Shown: piece by piece, positions 26,086 to 40,179 of the stretch
Numbering within the stretch: position 1 is the stretch's first letter
Layout of the letters: the number at the start of each line of letters is the position of its first letter
Source: Podarcis filfolensis
Taxonomy: Eukaryota
Direction: 5' to 3' (one strand)
DNA: 64,000 nt
Assembly: GCA_964270895.1 (NCBI GenBank)
Contig: OZ185440.1
Made by a program: the position numbers and the translations under genes
The notes under the pieces: generated by a model
Seen by the model: only the letters and a program-made list of their open reading frames with translations
Databases searched by the model: none
Told to the model about the DNA's origin: nothing

Positions 26086-26895
26086 AGCCTGTTTCCTGTC
26101 CAGTAGAGTTCAAAGTATAACGTAAGGAGGCACACATCCCTCTGCATATCAGATTACTACCCCTAGAGTTTCCAGTGTTCACTCTCTGTTCTAGAGAAGG
26201 TCCTAGATGAGCAGCAAACCATTCATAAAGTTGTTTGTTCTGTCTGAATGCTGCTTTCTGCAAACCCACAAGATTATACGAGAAATGGCCATCCCACAAT
26301 GATACACACATCTGCATAAATATCCTCAAGCATGACAAAGCACAGCCTTAGAGGTTTTCCTCACAGTGATGGGTTGCAGCCTGGGCTGGGCCCAAGCCCT
26401 TGTGGAATGTACCCATCTTTTCCGACCTTGCCTAGACCTTGCTGTAGGGTGAAGCGATGACACACCCAACCTAGTCAGACTTCAGGTATTCAGAGACTGT
26501 ACAACTCAGTTACAAAAGCTCTAAGGCGGCAGTCTTCAGCCTGTAGCATCTTAGCTCCTGGACAGTCCAAGAGCAGCTGTTGTAGCCAGTCACAGCAATA
26601 GGAGCAGCTGCTGCACAGCAGCTGCACCCCATGTGCTTCCAATGCCAGGTATGCCAGCGGTTTGCCAGGACTCAACTGCCTCCATTGGTACATGGCAAGG
26701 GAGAAAGTTTTGTGGATTGTGCCTTTTGCTGCTAAGTTTTGGAATAAATATTTGCAACATGGTGATGTCAATGAATTCTTCTAACTATGCTTTAGTCAGA
26801 GTAGATCCACAGAAATTAATGGGTCTAAACTGGCCACATCCATTCATTTCATTGGGTCTACTCAGAGTATGGGTCTACTCAATGGGTCTACTCAG

Positions 26896-27259
26896 GGCGC
26901 AGGTGGCGCTGTGGTCTAAACCACTGAGCCTAGGGCTTGCCAATCGGAAGGTCGGTGGTTCGAATCCCCACGACGGGGTGAGCTCCCGTTGTTCGGTCCC
27001 AGCTCCTGCAAACCTAGCAGTTCGAAAGAACGTCAAGTGCAAGTAGATAAATAGGTACCGCTCTGGCGGGAAGGTAAACGGCATTTCCATGTGCTGCTCT
27101 GGTTTTGCCAGAAGCGGCTTAGTCATGCTGGCCACATGACCTGGAAAAACTGCGGACAAACATCGGCTCCCTCGGCCAGTAAAGCAAGATGAATGCCACA
27201 ACCCCAGAGTCGTTCACAACTGGACTTAGCTGTCAGAGGTCCTTTACCTTTACTTTTTT
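26896..27259 (+). mobile_element. Sauria SINE (Squam1-type), full length
   Basis: tRNA-like head with B box ggttcgaatccc, typical body, (cttta)n tail; TSD tactcag at 26889-26895 and 27260-27266. Confidence 0.9.
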
Positions 27260-27970
27260 TACTCAGAGTATAACTAACATTGCACACAACCCAGTCTTTT
27301 TATGCCAACTTCACTTTCCTGTCCCCCAACGCAGAGAGACCTAGCAGGATCTCTAATGAGACAGAGCTCCCAATGTGTCAAATCAAAACTAAAGATGTTT
27401 AACCAAACAAGACATGCTGTTACAAACGGAGGCCAAAACAGACAAAGAAGCAATTTATGTGACAGATGCCTGCTGCTTTTGTTTGAGAGATGAAAGACGG
27501 ACACATCTGCTAGTCTTTTTTTTTTTTTAAGGCTAAAAATCATTTCCCTTGTTAACCGCAATGCATAAGAAAGAACAACTGGGCACTGCAAAAGGAGCAC
27601 ATTGCTACAGTTACTGCTAAAAAGGATGAGCATAAAATGTAATATTGGTTCCTCTCAGGGCTATGCATAGAGAAAAGAGAGCCAATAGATATGGTCGTTT
27701 TAGGCATGGGCAGGGGAAGCAAGATGGCTTACTTTTATTCTGCCACTGTGCCTGCTACTCACTTTAAAAAAAAAGTTCAAGTTATTTACATATGAATGGC
27801 TGCTATAAGCAAGCAAATAAAGCAACATCTGTAAAAGGACAGCATATTTACTTATGATGAGCATAAACAAATATGTGTTCACCTATGCATTGCAATATTT
27901 TAAGCATCACTAGAAATGCCAATAAACTTAGGCAGCAGCCACAGCAGGTTTAAAATGTAACATGATTTAC

Positions 27971-28290
27971 CTGTGGTGGAAGTTCTCACTCTTGTGGTTT
28001 TTCTGGAAATACTCCCCTATAACACCTTGCATCAAAGGTTCTTGGGGTCGATGTGCTTTGGAGTATGGCGAAGTCCCCATGTGGCTAAAAACATCACAGG
28101 GTCCAACAGGAATGGTCCCTTTTTTCTTCCTTGGAAGGGTGCCATGAATGGAAACATCTTGACAGGTATGGGAGCGATGGTCTGCCAGAGATGGTTTGCT
28201 GCTCAAAAGGTCCATAGAAGATGCCAGCGAGAACTCATGGCTTATCTGCATATTTCTTGGGAGACTTGCAAATTTCCCAGCTGCTATCAT
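27971..28290 (-). CDS. BCAR3: BCAR3 first coding exon (whole exon 28298-27971; CDS from ATG at 28290; ends in phase 2)
   Basis: Translates as MIAAGKFASLPRNMQISHEFSLASSMDLLSSKPSLADHRSHTCQDVSIHGTLPRKKKG...SENFHH(R), matching the recalled BCAR3 N-terminus (MAAGKFASLPRNM...LASSMDLLSS...QDVSIHGTLPRKKKG). Acceptor ttttgttttctag|AATT at 28299/28298; donor CACAG|gtaaat at 27971/27970. Confidence 0.95.
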
Positions 28291-31200
28291 TCTTAATTCT
28301 AGAAAACAAAAGTTGTACATGGTGGAAGTTAGAGAAACACCAAAGCTAACTTCTTGGATCAGGGTAGGCTAAATTATGGATCAATTGTTTCTATTCAAGT
28401 TGCTCATGTATATTAGATTCATAAAGGAAAAAAGAAAGAGTATATCCCTAAAATTAAGGGTTGGCAACTGAGAGCTCTGAAAGCAAGAAAGGCTGCCACA
28501 AATATACCCAGTTTTAGATTCTAGTGTCCTGGCTTTCACCACAGTAGCTGCTGTGACTTCCAAGTCAACACTGCACTGGCAAGACTTTGAAAAAAATTAG
28601 ATGGAAGAGTGTAGTTGGAATAGGAACAACATGGGTAGCTGTTGATAACCGCTCAGTCATCCCTGATAGCTACTTATAAAGGTAACTGAAAATTCTGTAA
28701 AACAAGAGGGAAATCTGCAATAGTAGTGTCAATGGGTACTATTGCTCTGATATCCAACATGAGAGCAGCTCAGCTCACCAAGCTGCAATTGTATACTGGT
28801 CTCATCCACTGGCGTAATATCTTACACAATGCTTTGCCAGTACAGTGGTTTATAGGATTGGCTCAATATGCATGACAAGACCCAGGGCTGGAGACTCAAA
28901 ACATACACGTGAGTGTTCGGAAGGATTTCTGGAGGTTAGGCTGTTATTACCGGCAACATTTATCTTTCTAATTGTTTTTTAACCCCCAAGTTTTTAAGCA
29001 GGTCAAACATCAGCCAAGAATCATTAACTACAGCTAAGCTGTCAGAAAAGACTGATATTGTACAGACTATCCTCAATTTAAGAGATTACAAATCTAAGCT
29101 CAGCAAGGGGTGCCATTTGAAAAAAATATCTTTAGTGCTGCAAGAAAGCAGCTTGAGAAGCAAAGGTATGCTCATGTATCTAAATGCCTGCCAACAAAAA
29201 ATGCACACACATGCTTGGATAGTGAGTTCCTGTGAGCAAAACTCTGCTCGTGGGATGTTCCTTCCAGCGTAAGCAGGGGAGGCAATTTTCAGATTCTCTA
29301 TCCCCTTGAAAATCTGTAGGGGCCCTTCCAGAACAATGAAGTGGGAATGCAAGGAAAGGAGGAACTGGCAAAAAGAGTGTCCCTGTTGTCTACCTGTAGG
29401 AGTCTATGCTGGATCAAAAGACCTTTGACAAATGGAATGAGACTTTCTCAAAAACCTGCAGCCAAGGAATTGCAGTCTTACAATAGATACAAATAGGGTG
29501 CACAAGTAGGCAAGGACATAACAGAGGTGTCAGTTGCAAGCATCCAAATGCTAACACAAATCAAAACATCTGATTGAAATGAATGGAGGGCAGGGATAGT
29601 TGTGCGCCACACCAAAAGAAATAATATCCATTTTATGCAACTGTTAAAATCTGAGTTCTGGGCTGGGGAAAAAACCTGTAGCATTTATCCCATGGTAAAG
29701 TTAAGTGTTCTCAGTGTAAATGGTACAAATAGGTCACAAAATTACCTTCTCGTACACTTTTCTCATACATGTCTCCTCATCTCTACTATTTGTAGCTGCT
29801 GCACTCTATTTGCACTTACCTAGGAGTAAACCCCATTGAACTAAATGGGACATACTGCTGGGTACACATGTACAGAATTACACTGTAAGAGGGTTATTCA
29901 TATTCTGTGTTATTCCCCTTAAGTTACACACTCCTGCAACATTTTATCCTAAAAACACCATGGCTGGAATTCAATGTCACACTATGTTGAACATCCCACC
30001 TGTGAAAGCATATTAGCTTGCCAGGTGAAATTATCCCCCTTTCCCTGGTTTTCTGGGGGTTTTCCTGAGTCCTCCTCCCAACAAGCCAATTTCAGGAGTG
30101 TGTGGAATGGAGCCCCTTTGAGCAAGCCCAAACCCTTGCATGGGGCTTCTACCAACAGGGTTTGTTAGGTGAATCCTGCCCTATGGTTTTATGTAACCCT
30201 TACAGGAGGCTCAAGAAGGAATCTTCCTCCCCTGGAGGGAATTCCCCATGCAAACCAATATCCCAGCATGAAAACATCCAAGACATGCTTACTAATACAG
30301 GCAACCAGCATAAAATGTTCACAGATATGGCTTTTTGCTGAGCCTAAGCAGTTGTAGAAGTTGTTCACTACACAGCTGGGAGATCTCAAAATGCCTTAAA
30401 GGATTTAGTATTAAATTCAGAGATGAGTATTGCTGAAAACGCAGATTTGCTAGGAAATATTCTTTTCTTCTTTCTCTGCCAGTGTCAGCTCAGTCAACCA
30501 GCTTCAAAGGTTGGATCAAGATGCTGGAGGGGTTTATTACAAAAAGATATGGAAACAAGTTTTGCATGTCTTTGCTGAAGTGCGATCAACTACAAAGCTT
30601 CAAACTCTGAGAACTAAGGTCACTTGGTACAATTTTTATCTAGGAGTTCCATGATGTCCCCAGTTAAAGCTACCAACTTTTGAACCAGCCTCCAAAATAA
30701 GACCATTTATCTCCATGCTTTACAACCGTTCAGACTGATTTCTCCATGTTAAGCTGCTATTTAAAAGGCACAAGTGATATCACAGGGTTTTTTTCCTGAT
30801 GAGTTGGCAACCTGGTGATGAATCAAGGTGTGGACTGGGAAACCCACCAATGTTGGTTGAGTAGACATGCTTATACATTCTTTTCACGTTATTATTTTCA
30901 TCAAGAAAATGACTACAAAAATAACCCTAGGAAAGAGGTTTTTTTCTGTTTTCCTTAGAATGTTAGAGTAAACAGAATAAATGCAATGTAAGGAGCCTGT
31001 TGGATAATGATTAATGTGTATCATTGTTAATCAGTTTCGAGTCCATTCAGGAAACCAGCAGGTATGAAGTACTACAGACTCATGTCACTCATCAAAACTC
31101 TGGTTGTTGGGCACACCCACAGGGATAGACTGGAGTGACATCACTGCTTAGGTACTACAAACCACAAGAAAAGTTATGAAGCAAACTGTTAAATCTTCTT

Positions 31201-32964
31201 GAATGCCAGTACTGTGGTTCAATCTACGCTCATTAAAAGTTTGCAAAGCACAGTCCAAAACATTCAAGTGAGATCATTAGTGTCCTTGCCCTACTTATCT
31301 TCTTTGATTTGACTGCTTCTTGGCAAGGTTGTTTGAAATGAAGTTAAACATGCCATCACACCCTTTTGAAAGTTTTACACCAGTATCTAGGGCTATCTTT
31401 TTGTTCACTCTTGTCCTCAGTTAGGGAGCAAAAAAATAAAACAAAAAATTCTGCATACACCTTATTTGCTGTTCCACATTCAAACATTCCAAGGCAGGGA
31501 TGACCAACATCTTGGGGGTGGGTGGGGTGCCACTTCCTCATGAACAGCAAGACATCCAATGAGAGCTTTCCACTTACTGATCACACAGTGATCAGGGCAG
31601 GACTTTGGGGCAGAAGGCCAGTGCCTCACCAAACAGAAGAAAGAGGTGCTCCCAAAATGCACAAGAGCTAGCTTATCACATTTTGAAGCGAATTAATACA
31701 TGCTACCATCAAAAGAGCGCCCCCGCAGAAAGAACATTAAGTAAAGAATCTAAAATTACTTAATTGCACCACCAAGAACATGTGTGAACCAAGTAGCTAG
31801 TCCAATGGTGCAGCATCATTGAACAAGTGTACATAGAGCTGACCTGATCAAAGTTTGGAAGAGTGAATCTTTATTATTTCAGCCTTGCGTCTTGCAGACA
31901 CTGCTGGATCATGAAATTAGATAATACTGGGATCCAGATCAAATAAAAATGGGATTCAGCTCTGGGACAAACAAACAAGCAAAACCTTGAAACGACTTAA
32001 ATTGCATCTCTAGAAACATGTTCTCTTATTAGCTGGGGGAATGCCTAAAACCATAACAAAAACAGATTCCAAAAACAACAAAGTATTATTTTAGTTTGCT
32101 TCTTTTGTATCTTTTCTTTTCAACATGTCACAGTAGAATTATATCTGCAGCATGGTCATTAACCCTAAGGCTAGTTTTGTTGACAGAAAGCTACAAGGAA
32201 GAGATAAAAGAAGTTAAAACCTCAAAACTCACAGAGAAACAGGTTGTTACACCAGCAGTTAAGTTTACAGTCTGTGGGTAGAAAGTTACACTTAGATTTC
32301 AGCCCAAGTCTTCCAGATCTATCTCCACCACAGATACATTTGCCAGCCAATCCACTTATTCAAACTAAACATAGTCTGGCACTGCTGGGACCCTGCAACT
32401 TGAGAATGCAGATTGGGGGTTGTGGTATACATCACATTATCACTGTCTCCAAACATCTAAAACTTCTTGCCCACAAAGCTACCACATCAGGGAGCATGGT
32501 TTTGGCCTAACCTTCTCCCAGATGTGCTTGTTTTTAATCTGTGCCAAGAGTTTTTATACATGGAATCACCAAAAACATCAAATCCCACACACCTGAATTG
32601 TGAAATGGCACAATGCTAAGGGCTACTTGATATTTCTGAAGATGCAGATTGGAGGAGCCACTGCCTGCAATATGGGAATAACAATATTAAAGAAAATGAT
32701 GTTGTGGAGCCAAACACAATAAAGGTAACTCACTTGCAATTAAATTTGTCATCGATAAAAGGAAGAATGACTAAAATTATTTTAAAATACATTCAGGTAC
32801 CAGATGAACTCCTTTCACACACAGTTTGAGTCTAGGGATACCACTTACAACATATGCCTCATCCATCCTTTGGAAAGTTCAGAGCAGCTTACATGAAATT
32901 CACAGGTAGTTTTCCATCCATATACAGGCTAAGCTAAGATCAGCTAAGTTTCCACAATCTAACT

Positions 32965-33416
32965 CAGGGGTCAGCAAACTTTTTCAGTGGGGGGCCAGTC
33001 CACTGTCCCTCAGACCTTGTGGGGGGGCAGACTATATTGGGGGGGGAATGATGCAAGAGCACCACGAGCCCCAGTGGCTGCTTACCTGTGTCCTGCGAGT
33101 GGCAGGGGCTGGCAGCAGGACAATGAGTGGCACACGAAAGGGCTCTGGAGAGGGGCTGCTTAAAATGGTGGCCACTCGAGCACTGCTGCTGCTGGCACCA
33201 ACAAAGCCCAGCCCCCTTCCTTCTCTAGGCAGGGTGGGAAGAACCCAGGAGGGAGGGAGGGAGGAGGTGCTGCCACAGTGTGAGGGAGATGGAGGGAGAG
33301 GGAAAGAACACGTGTGTGCTGGCGATCCACACGGCGATTCCCAGACCAACCGCGGGCCAGATCCAGAAGGGAATTGTGCCTGATCTGGCCCACGGGCCTT
33401 AGTCTACCTACCCATG
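32965..33416 (+). mobile_element. hAT (Charlie-like) element, longer relative of the 19271 copy
   Basis: Same ends as 19271 with a different GC-rich interior; perfect TSD atctaact. Confidence 0.9.
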
Positions 33417-36400
33417 ATCTAACTGTTCTATAAAGCCTAAGGTGTTTCTGGCTCCAATTCCCTACTATGACCTGCTTCAGTTGTACCATTATTAGGGTAA
33501 AGCCAAATGGCTTTCTATATTGATCCTAAACATATTTATTTCAACTGAGCCTCCAAGTGAAAAGTTTAGGATCACAGAATTTTAATGAAAATATAGATTC
33601 TGAAAATCATGATCTCCCTACAGATAAATGACATTAAATTTTTGAGCCATTATTCTTTTGGATAATCTGTGAGGACAGATTAACTGTCTAAACTTTACAG
33701 ACCATATTCTGGTCTACATACACCCAGGCTCTAGAGGTCAACTTCTCTTCCATATTTTGGTCTAATGAAGATGCCTGTGCAATAATATCTGTTAATATTT
33801 CTATCAACAGAAAAGGCTAAACAGCCTGATCTAACCTAAGTTGGTTTGCATTTCTGTTTTCACAGGCAGAGTCTTCTGATATACATAGGCACTGCAATGA
33901 AGAAATCCAGGGCTTGCTTTTTCCTTTTTTTGACAAATGAACCTTTGAAAAAGAATACAAAGGGGCTGTGGAACACACAGCCTGATAAAGATAAAAGATT
34001 ATCTGGAGGCAATAAACACACCAAAAGCAAAAAGTCTGCTTAATTCCATCACCAACAAGTGTGTCTGCCAATTGTCAAAACTCCAGATATCAAAGGGTTC
34101 CACCTTTGTGTAAAGAACACAAGAAGAACCCTGGACCCTTCCAGCCCAGATCTAGTCCAGCAATCTGTTATTTCTGTGACCAACAGATGCCTATGGGAAG
34201 CTCACAATCATAACAGGAGTACAATAGTTCCCCCCAGAACTAGTCTATGGCACTACACCATGTTTATAATTAACAATGCTGACTCATCTTTAACATACAT
34301 TATGAACATCTGAATGCGCATTGGAGCAGCTCCCCATGACGACAGCATTGTGCTGAATCAGCGGGATGAGCATGGCAGCTTCATTTCTACCCCAAGCCAA
34401 AAGTGAACACATTTGTGGGGGTAGCTCTCAGTTGCCTGAGCGAACTCTTTTTCTTTCTGTCCTTTTTTTACTCATTACTCATGCCGAGCCAGCCAAAATC
34501 ATAAGAATTAATGGTTTATTTTCCAAGTAATTTTGGAGCCAATGTATAGCCCCAAAGCAATCTATCTTACAAAAGGAAAAGCCAGAGCAGCAGCATGTTA
34601 CAAATAATTGAGTCACCCAGTGTGGGAACTTTTATTGTAATGGTTATGAATGTATTTGGTGAGGCTTCCTAGGCAGGTTAGGGCAGGAGCAGACTTCTCT
34701 CCCATTCGTACGCAGTCACATTTTTGTCTGTTCTACCTCTACCCTCCATTCTCCTCCAACCCCAGTATCTCAACCCCAGGACACCTTGTCATTGAGCTCT
34801 GGCACTAATAAATTTGTGTATCTTCTCAGGTGTTGCACTGACCAACAGTACTGAGAACCAACAAAGAATACACTTTTAATCCCACTTTTATTTTGGGGTA
34901 GCTCTTTTCTTGGGAACTATACAGTGGATCTCTGGGGAACCTCTAATACATCAATGACAGGTTCTCCTGTTGTGCTGTTATTGGCTACAATTGCTCAATT
35001 GGCATTTCAGCTTTTCCCATCCACCGACTAGAGCATCCTGGGGAAATATTCCTCTTGAAGAACAGACCTTAAGTGAGGCAGAACAAAATACCTGATGAAA
35101 TCACACCACAGCCCTCCCAGGTAATGAGGGTATGCCAAAAACTGCTTTGACCAATTCTGCACCTTGAAGTGAAGCCTTTTCTTGCCTTGGAGAGAACTTG
35201 ATAAGATCACGTTTTAGAATCACAATTCTTAACATAGCATGGTGCAAAGGCCTTTTCCACTGGTATCTCCATATGCCTCCTGCAGTTGCTTTTAAAGTCA
35301 GGAGACCATCCAGAGTGGGATTCAACATGCAAAAGCTTCCGTCAGAACACAAAATCAGCAACCCCTCTCCCTACAAGCCTAAGCACCTTTTGCTCATTCA
35401 TATAGGTGTTAAGATCCCTGAATCTATTAACTGCCATATCTTAATTGTTTTAAATAATTGTTTTTACTATTATACTACTTTGATGTGAGGCTACCATGTA
35501 GGTTGCTTATCAAATTACATGGTCCATCAACACTGGAGCAATTGGAGCTCCCAGGCAAATTACTGGACCTACATATTCTTAATATGAATTATTCCTGTCA
35601 ATGGGATTCTATATGACTGTCACATTAAACCATATGCATCTCTTTTGAGAGTGAATTTAAAATACACTACAACTAACATTATACAGTCAAAAAGCAACTA
35701 ATACTATTTAAGAAGCTTCCTGCCACTTTTACTGAAATACTATCATTTATTTTTAATCCATTGATTGCTTAAAAACAGGCCCTTAACTTAATACGTTCTG
35801 CTGACAGCTCAAATAAGAGCTAATAAGCAGATTTCAGAGAGGAATGCAATTCATGATTTAGCTCTTTTGATCATATTATATCACTCTTTGTGAAAGGTTC
35901 CCTCCATATTGAAGGAAGGGAACTACATTTAACCTTCTCAAATAGCATGTCACTCAGTAACATGTCAAGATATTTTACAGCAGGGATGATCAACCTTTCA
36001 ACATCAGAGCTACAAAACCCTTAATTCCTATGTAGAGAAAAATGAATTTTGGACAGATGAACTTCAGTCATGCCACAGGGCTGAACAGCTTAAAAAGCTG
36101 CACCTTCCAAAATATCCTCTTTTATACAACTATGAAAGTACAGGATCCCTATTGCTGAAAGGTTGGTCATCTCTGGTTTACAGAGAGAGCTCTGTAATTC
36201 TTACCAGTTAACAAGCAGCAAACTCCCCAGTCCAGTGCATGCTTACTCAGCTGTTTATTATCAGATTTACTTAAAGGTAAGGGCAGATTCTAAAAGGACC
36301 GCTATGTTAGTCTCTTGCAATAAAATCGGACAGAACAGCCCAGTGGCACCTTGAAAGACTTAACTAATTTACTGTGACATAAGCTATTATCTGCCTTGTC

Positions 36401-36487
36401 AGATGCATGAGAGAGATCATGAAAATACTAAGCAGACAAAACAGAGGCCTGGTTTGCACATAACACTACGTCATGGTTTGTTTAAGC

Positions 36488-36624
36488 CAGGGATTGCTAA
36501 AGTGTAGTTTCTAGATGTTGCTGGACTGCAGTTCCCATAACCGTTGACCATTCACCAAGTTGACTAGGGCTGATGGGAGCTGGCACTCAACAAAATATGG
36601 AGGGCCACAGGTTCCTCACTCTTG
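36488..36624. mobile_element. Decayed ~136-bp hAT MITE
   Basis: Core resembles the 1036 family; degenerate TSD gtttaagc / atttaagt. Confidence 0.6.
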
Positions 36625-37238
36625 ATTTAAGTCGTGGTTTGTTTAACAAACCACAAATTTCCCCACATGATTATATTCTAGCTTGTTTCTCCAAGGTTTC
36701 TTTTGTTTTCCAGCCGTTCTCACCTTTTGCCTTTTATTACTTGTTGAGCCTCTGGAGTTGAGTGGCCAACAAACCATAGTTAACGGTGCTGGGTTCCTGC
36801 ATAATGCCAAGCAAGAAGGCAAACACAGTTTCACAAGCAAACAATAAACCATGGCTTCACACTGTGGTTTGCTGGTAGCAATTGTGGTAAGCTTCTGGGC
36901 AGAATTCTCACGTAACACTAACCCATGATTTAATAAGGTATAGCTGAAAAAACAAAGTTTACAGTTATGTGCTAACCAGGTCAAACAGTCATACATCAAC
37001 AATCTTCACTAGCTTCATTCTCACTAAGGTGGTCAAAGGGGGAAATTTGCCATGTGAGTCCCCAGCAGGAAATATGGCAAGATGCAGTCCAGACACAGGC
37101 TAACCACCTCCGTGAGGACAAGCAAGCTCTAGTCCAGAGGTGACTAACTTATAGGCCTCAGGATGTTATTGGAATACAGTTCCCACCATCCCTGAACATC
37201 AACTGTCTGGAGGGGCACATGTTAGTGACCCTCTACCC

Positions 37239-37374
37239 CAATGTTTCTCAAACTTGGGTCCCCAGCTGTTGTTGGACTACAACTCCCATCATCCCTGACC
37301 ACTGGTCCTGACAGCTAGGGACGATGGTAGTTGTGGTCCAACAACAGCTAGGGACACAAGTATGAGAAACACTG
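37239..37374. mobile_element. 136-bp palindromic hAT MITE
   Basis: TIR caatgtttctcaaac / gtatgagaaacactg; TSD ctctaccc / ctctaacc (7/8). Confidence 0.85.
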
Positions 37375-39698
37375 CTCTAACCCATTAAAGACTATGGCAA
37401 AATGTGCTAAGTCTTTAAGGTGTCACAAGACTTTGCCGTTTTTATTTCCAAGTATGCATAGTTAAGATTGCAACCTTAGTAAGGACTCAAATTGGACCTA
37501 AAAAAATTTAAACCTAGTGACCAACTAAAAAAAGAAAGAAAAAGTCCTCTGCCTCTCTTTTGCAACTAGGCAGACGTTTTTCTTTTCTTCTGCATGTCGA
37601 GTCCATCCATTGTCCTCCCACCATTCCGTTACCATGATTTCTGAGAGTTGTCATGGATATGCATGTTAACTTTCCCAGACAAATAACCTGCCTAAGAGTA
37701 AACCTAAACACCCTTTTTTGAAATAATGGACTTCTAGGGAAATAAAGAAAATGAGAGAGAATGAATCCAGCCCAAAGTGGTTTTGTAATCAAAGTATGTT
37801 TTTATTTACTCATCCAATTAAAACAGCCTAACTATATCGTTAGCAAAAGTGGAATGTATTTCAGGTACAATCCAGAGTTATGGACATCCTTAAATGTATC
37901 CCAATGGAATACAAGAACTTTAAAACACTTAATTTTGACTAGATTGGACACACCATTGTCATTTTTCTCATTCCCTGCCCCATCCCCTAATCCTCTATTA
38001 TACCTTCTCACACCACCCTTGCAATGTCGGCTAGGCTGCGAGACCCAGAGATCCTCTTGATTACTGCATCAAATGCAGTTTCAGTTTTTGCTTTGAAAAA
38101 ATATTAAAAATTGAGTGGAATCTTTTCTCTCTCTCCCTCTTTACCAATCTCAAGCCATTTCCTTGCCTATCTAACCCAATAGCTCACACCGGCTCCACAG
38201 CCTTTCTGTCTCTTAGTAGCTTAAGATTCACATCAGTTCTTCACAAAGAGAGAGTTCAGGGTGAGTCATAACCAGAGAAGTGGGCTTTTCTCGTCTCCCT
38301 TCCTCCTCTCAGGGACAAACACAACCAGCTATTCATTCTTTGGCCAAACAAAGCAGGAGAACAATGTTGTCAGCAGAGTTACACAGGCAGCCCACTTCTC
38401 ACTCTTTACTAACTTTCCAAAACAAATTAGTTAGGAAGCCAGCCCCATCCTAAAGTCCTGCCTTCACTTAAGCCTTGCCCATATAACACCGCCAAGGTTT
38501 CCTGGGCCGTTCAACAGTAAGGTAATTTGGGTGCAAATCAGTAAAACGACTGAAAGGGGTTAGGTTAGGGGGAGAAAAGCAACATAAATTTAGTTAATTC
38601 CCAACTATAAGAATAAAATTCTATTTGATAGGACTCCTAACTAAAGAGGTAAAAAAATTTTAAAAGGCCAGAACATTTTATAAACTTACTTTAAGAGGAA
38701 TGTTTTGCACATAATTGCCAGTTGTGTCTGCTGAGAGAAAATCAGCTGGGATGTATAATGGGCAAATTCCATCACATTCTTACTACCATAGTAACCTGTT
38801 TTTCAAGCAGACGCACTTGCCTTTTACAACTCAAAATACGCAATTGCTAGCAACTCTATAATAAAAGCTCTCTATTATTAACATCTTTCTAGTCCAAAGG
38901 AATCCCTGGTCAAATTAAGCAAAGCCAACACAGTGGAGAGCACAAGCGTTAGTAAACATCTTAAAGGCATCTGAATAAGCAGCTTAACCCTTGCAGAATA
39001 CCGTATACACTGGAAACATTAGAATCTTGTATACTGGAGAGACAAGTGAGTCAGGTTGGCACTGAAAACTGCAACAAAGCTGGTGATAATTATGATTATT
39101 GTTTTCTGAAGCACTTCACGGTACTTTACAAAATACAGAAGGGCAGGTCCTCGCCCACAATGAGTTTACAATCAAAAATTCAACACAAGAAGACAGAAAG
39201 GAGAGTGAAGTGGAGGTGAGGGAGATGTGCTTGCTGCTGTTACACATATATAGGCTTAGGCTGCAAACACACCATACTTTTAAAGCACATTCACACACAC
39301 CCAGAACAAAACACAGCTTGGGAACTGTAGTTTGTTATGAGTGATCAGCATTGTAGCTCTGTGTGGAGCTAAACTACAGTTTCCAGGATTCTTTTGGGAC
39401 ATAGGAACGGTACACAGTGGTCCCGTAAGACACAGGAAGTGCAGTATTATATACCTATACACTGATGAATCACAGAAAGAAATTTAAAAGCTCTTAAAAG
39501 ACCATCTCCAACCTCCTATGCTAAGGGAAGATAACCCACCAACTTTGACTCTCACTGGTAGTTCCAATGAGGCAGAATGTTACAATAATAAGACAAGTGG
39601 ATTAAGGAAGGGGGGGAAATCCGTTATGAATATTTTACCATATTATCCAGGATAATCTTTGACAACTGAATTTTTTGAGACATATTATGCATTCATTC

Positions 39699-39725
39699 CA
39701 CACACACACACACACACACACACAC
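39699..39725. repeat. (CA)n microsatellite
   Basis: About 13 uninterrupted CA units. Confidence 0.95.
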
Positions 39726-40179
39726 CTTCTTTACATCTTCAGACTCTAACACAATTAGTAAACCACATCATGTGTGCTATTTGCCAAATGTAAGTCAATA
39801 ATCTTAGACGTTTGGGTATTTACCAGTTATTTGACTTTGTACATTTAAGTTAGCTCCATTCAAGGGTCTTTATATTAATCTTTTGGGGGGAGGGAGAGAA
39901 GTAAACATGCCATATCTATATACATGTATCAGCCTGTATTCACAAGCACTAAACCTTGATTATGCTCTTCACTTTAATGCCCCATCAACATGACTCTAAC
40001 ATGTGATGAAAAACCCAACCTTTTGCTCTCCCTACTGAGGTCATGAAGGGAACTGTTAAGTAATCTGCATTCAACAATCTTGTGTAGCCTTTCCATAGAA
40101 ATCAATTTCGCTCCCCAAAAGCGTTCTCTTCTAAAACCTGAGTAGGCAATTTCAGAATGGAAGCTATTCCTCCTAACTA

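Noticed and set aside
31716-31730. GGGGGCGC CTCF-like half motif (also ccaccagggg near 60662)
   Set aside because: Only half of the motif matches in each case.
35092-35370. Possible exon with an 86-aa ORF and donor CAG|gtattt
   Set aside because: Weak acceptor, a stop before the donor, and no recognisable protein similarity.
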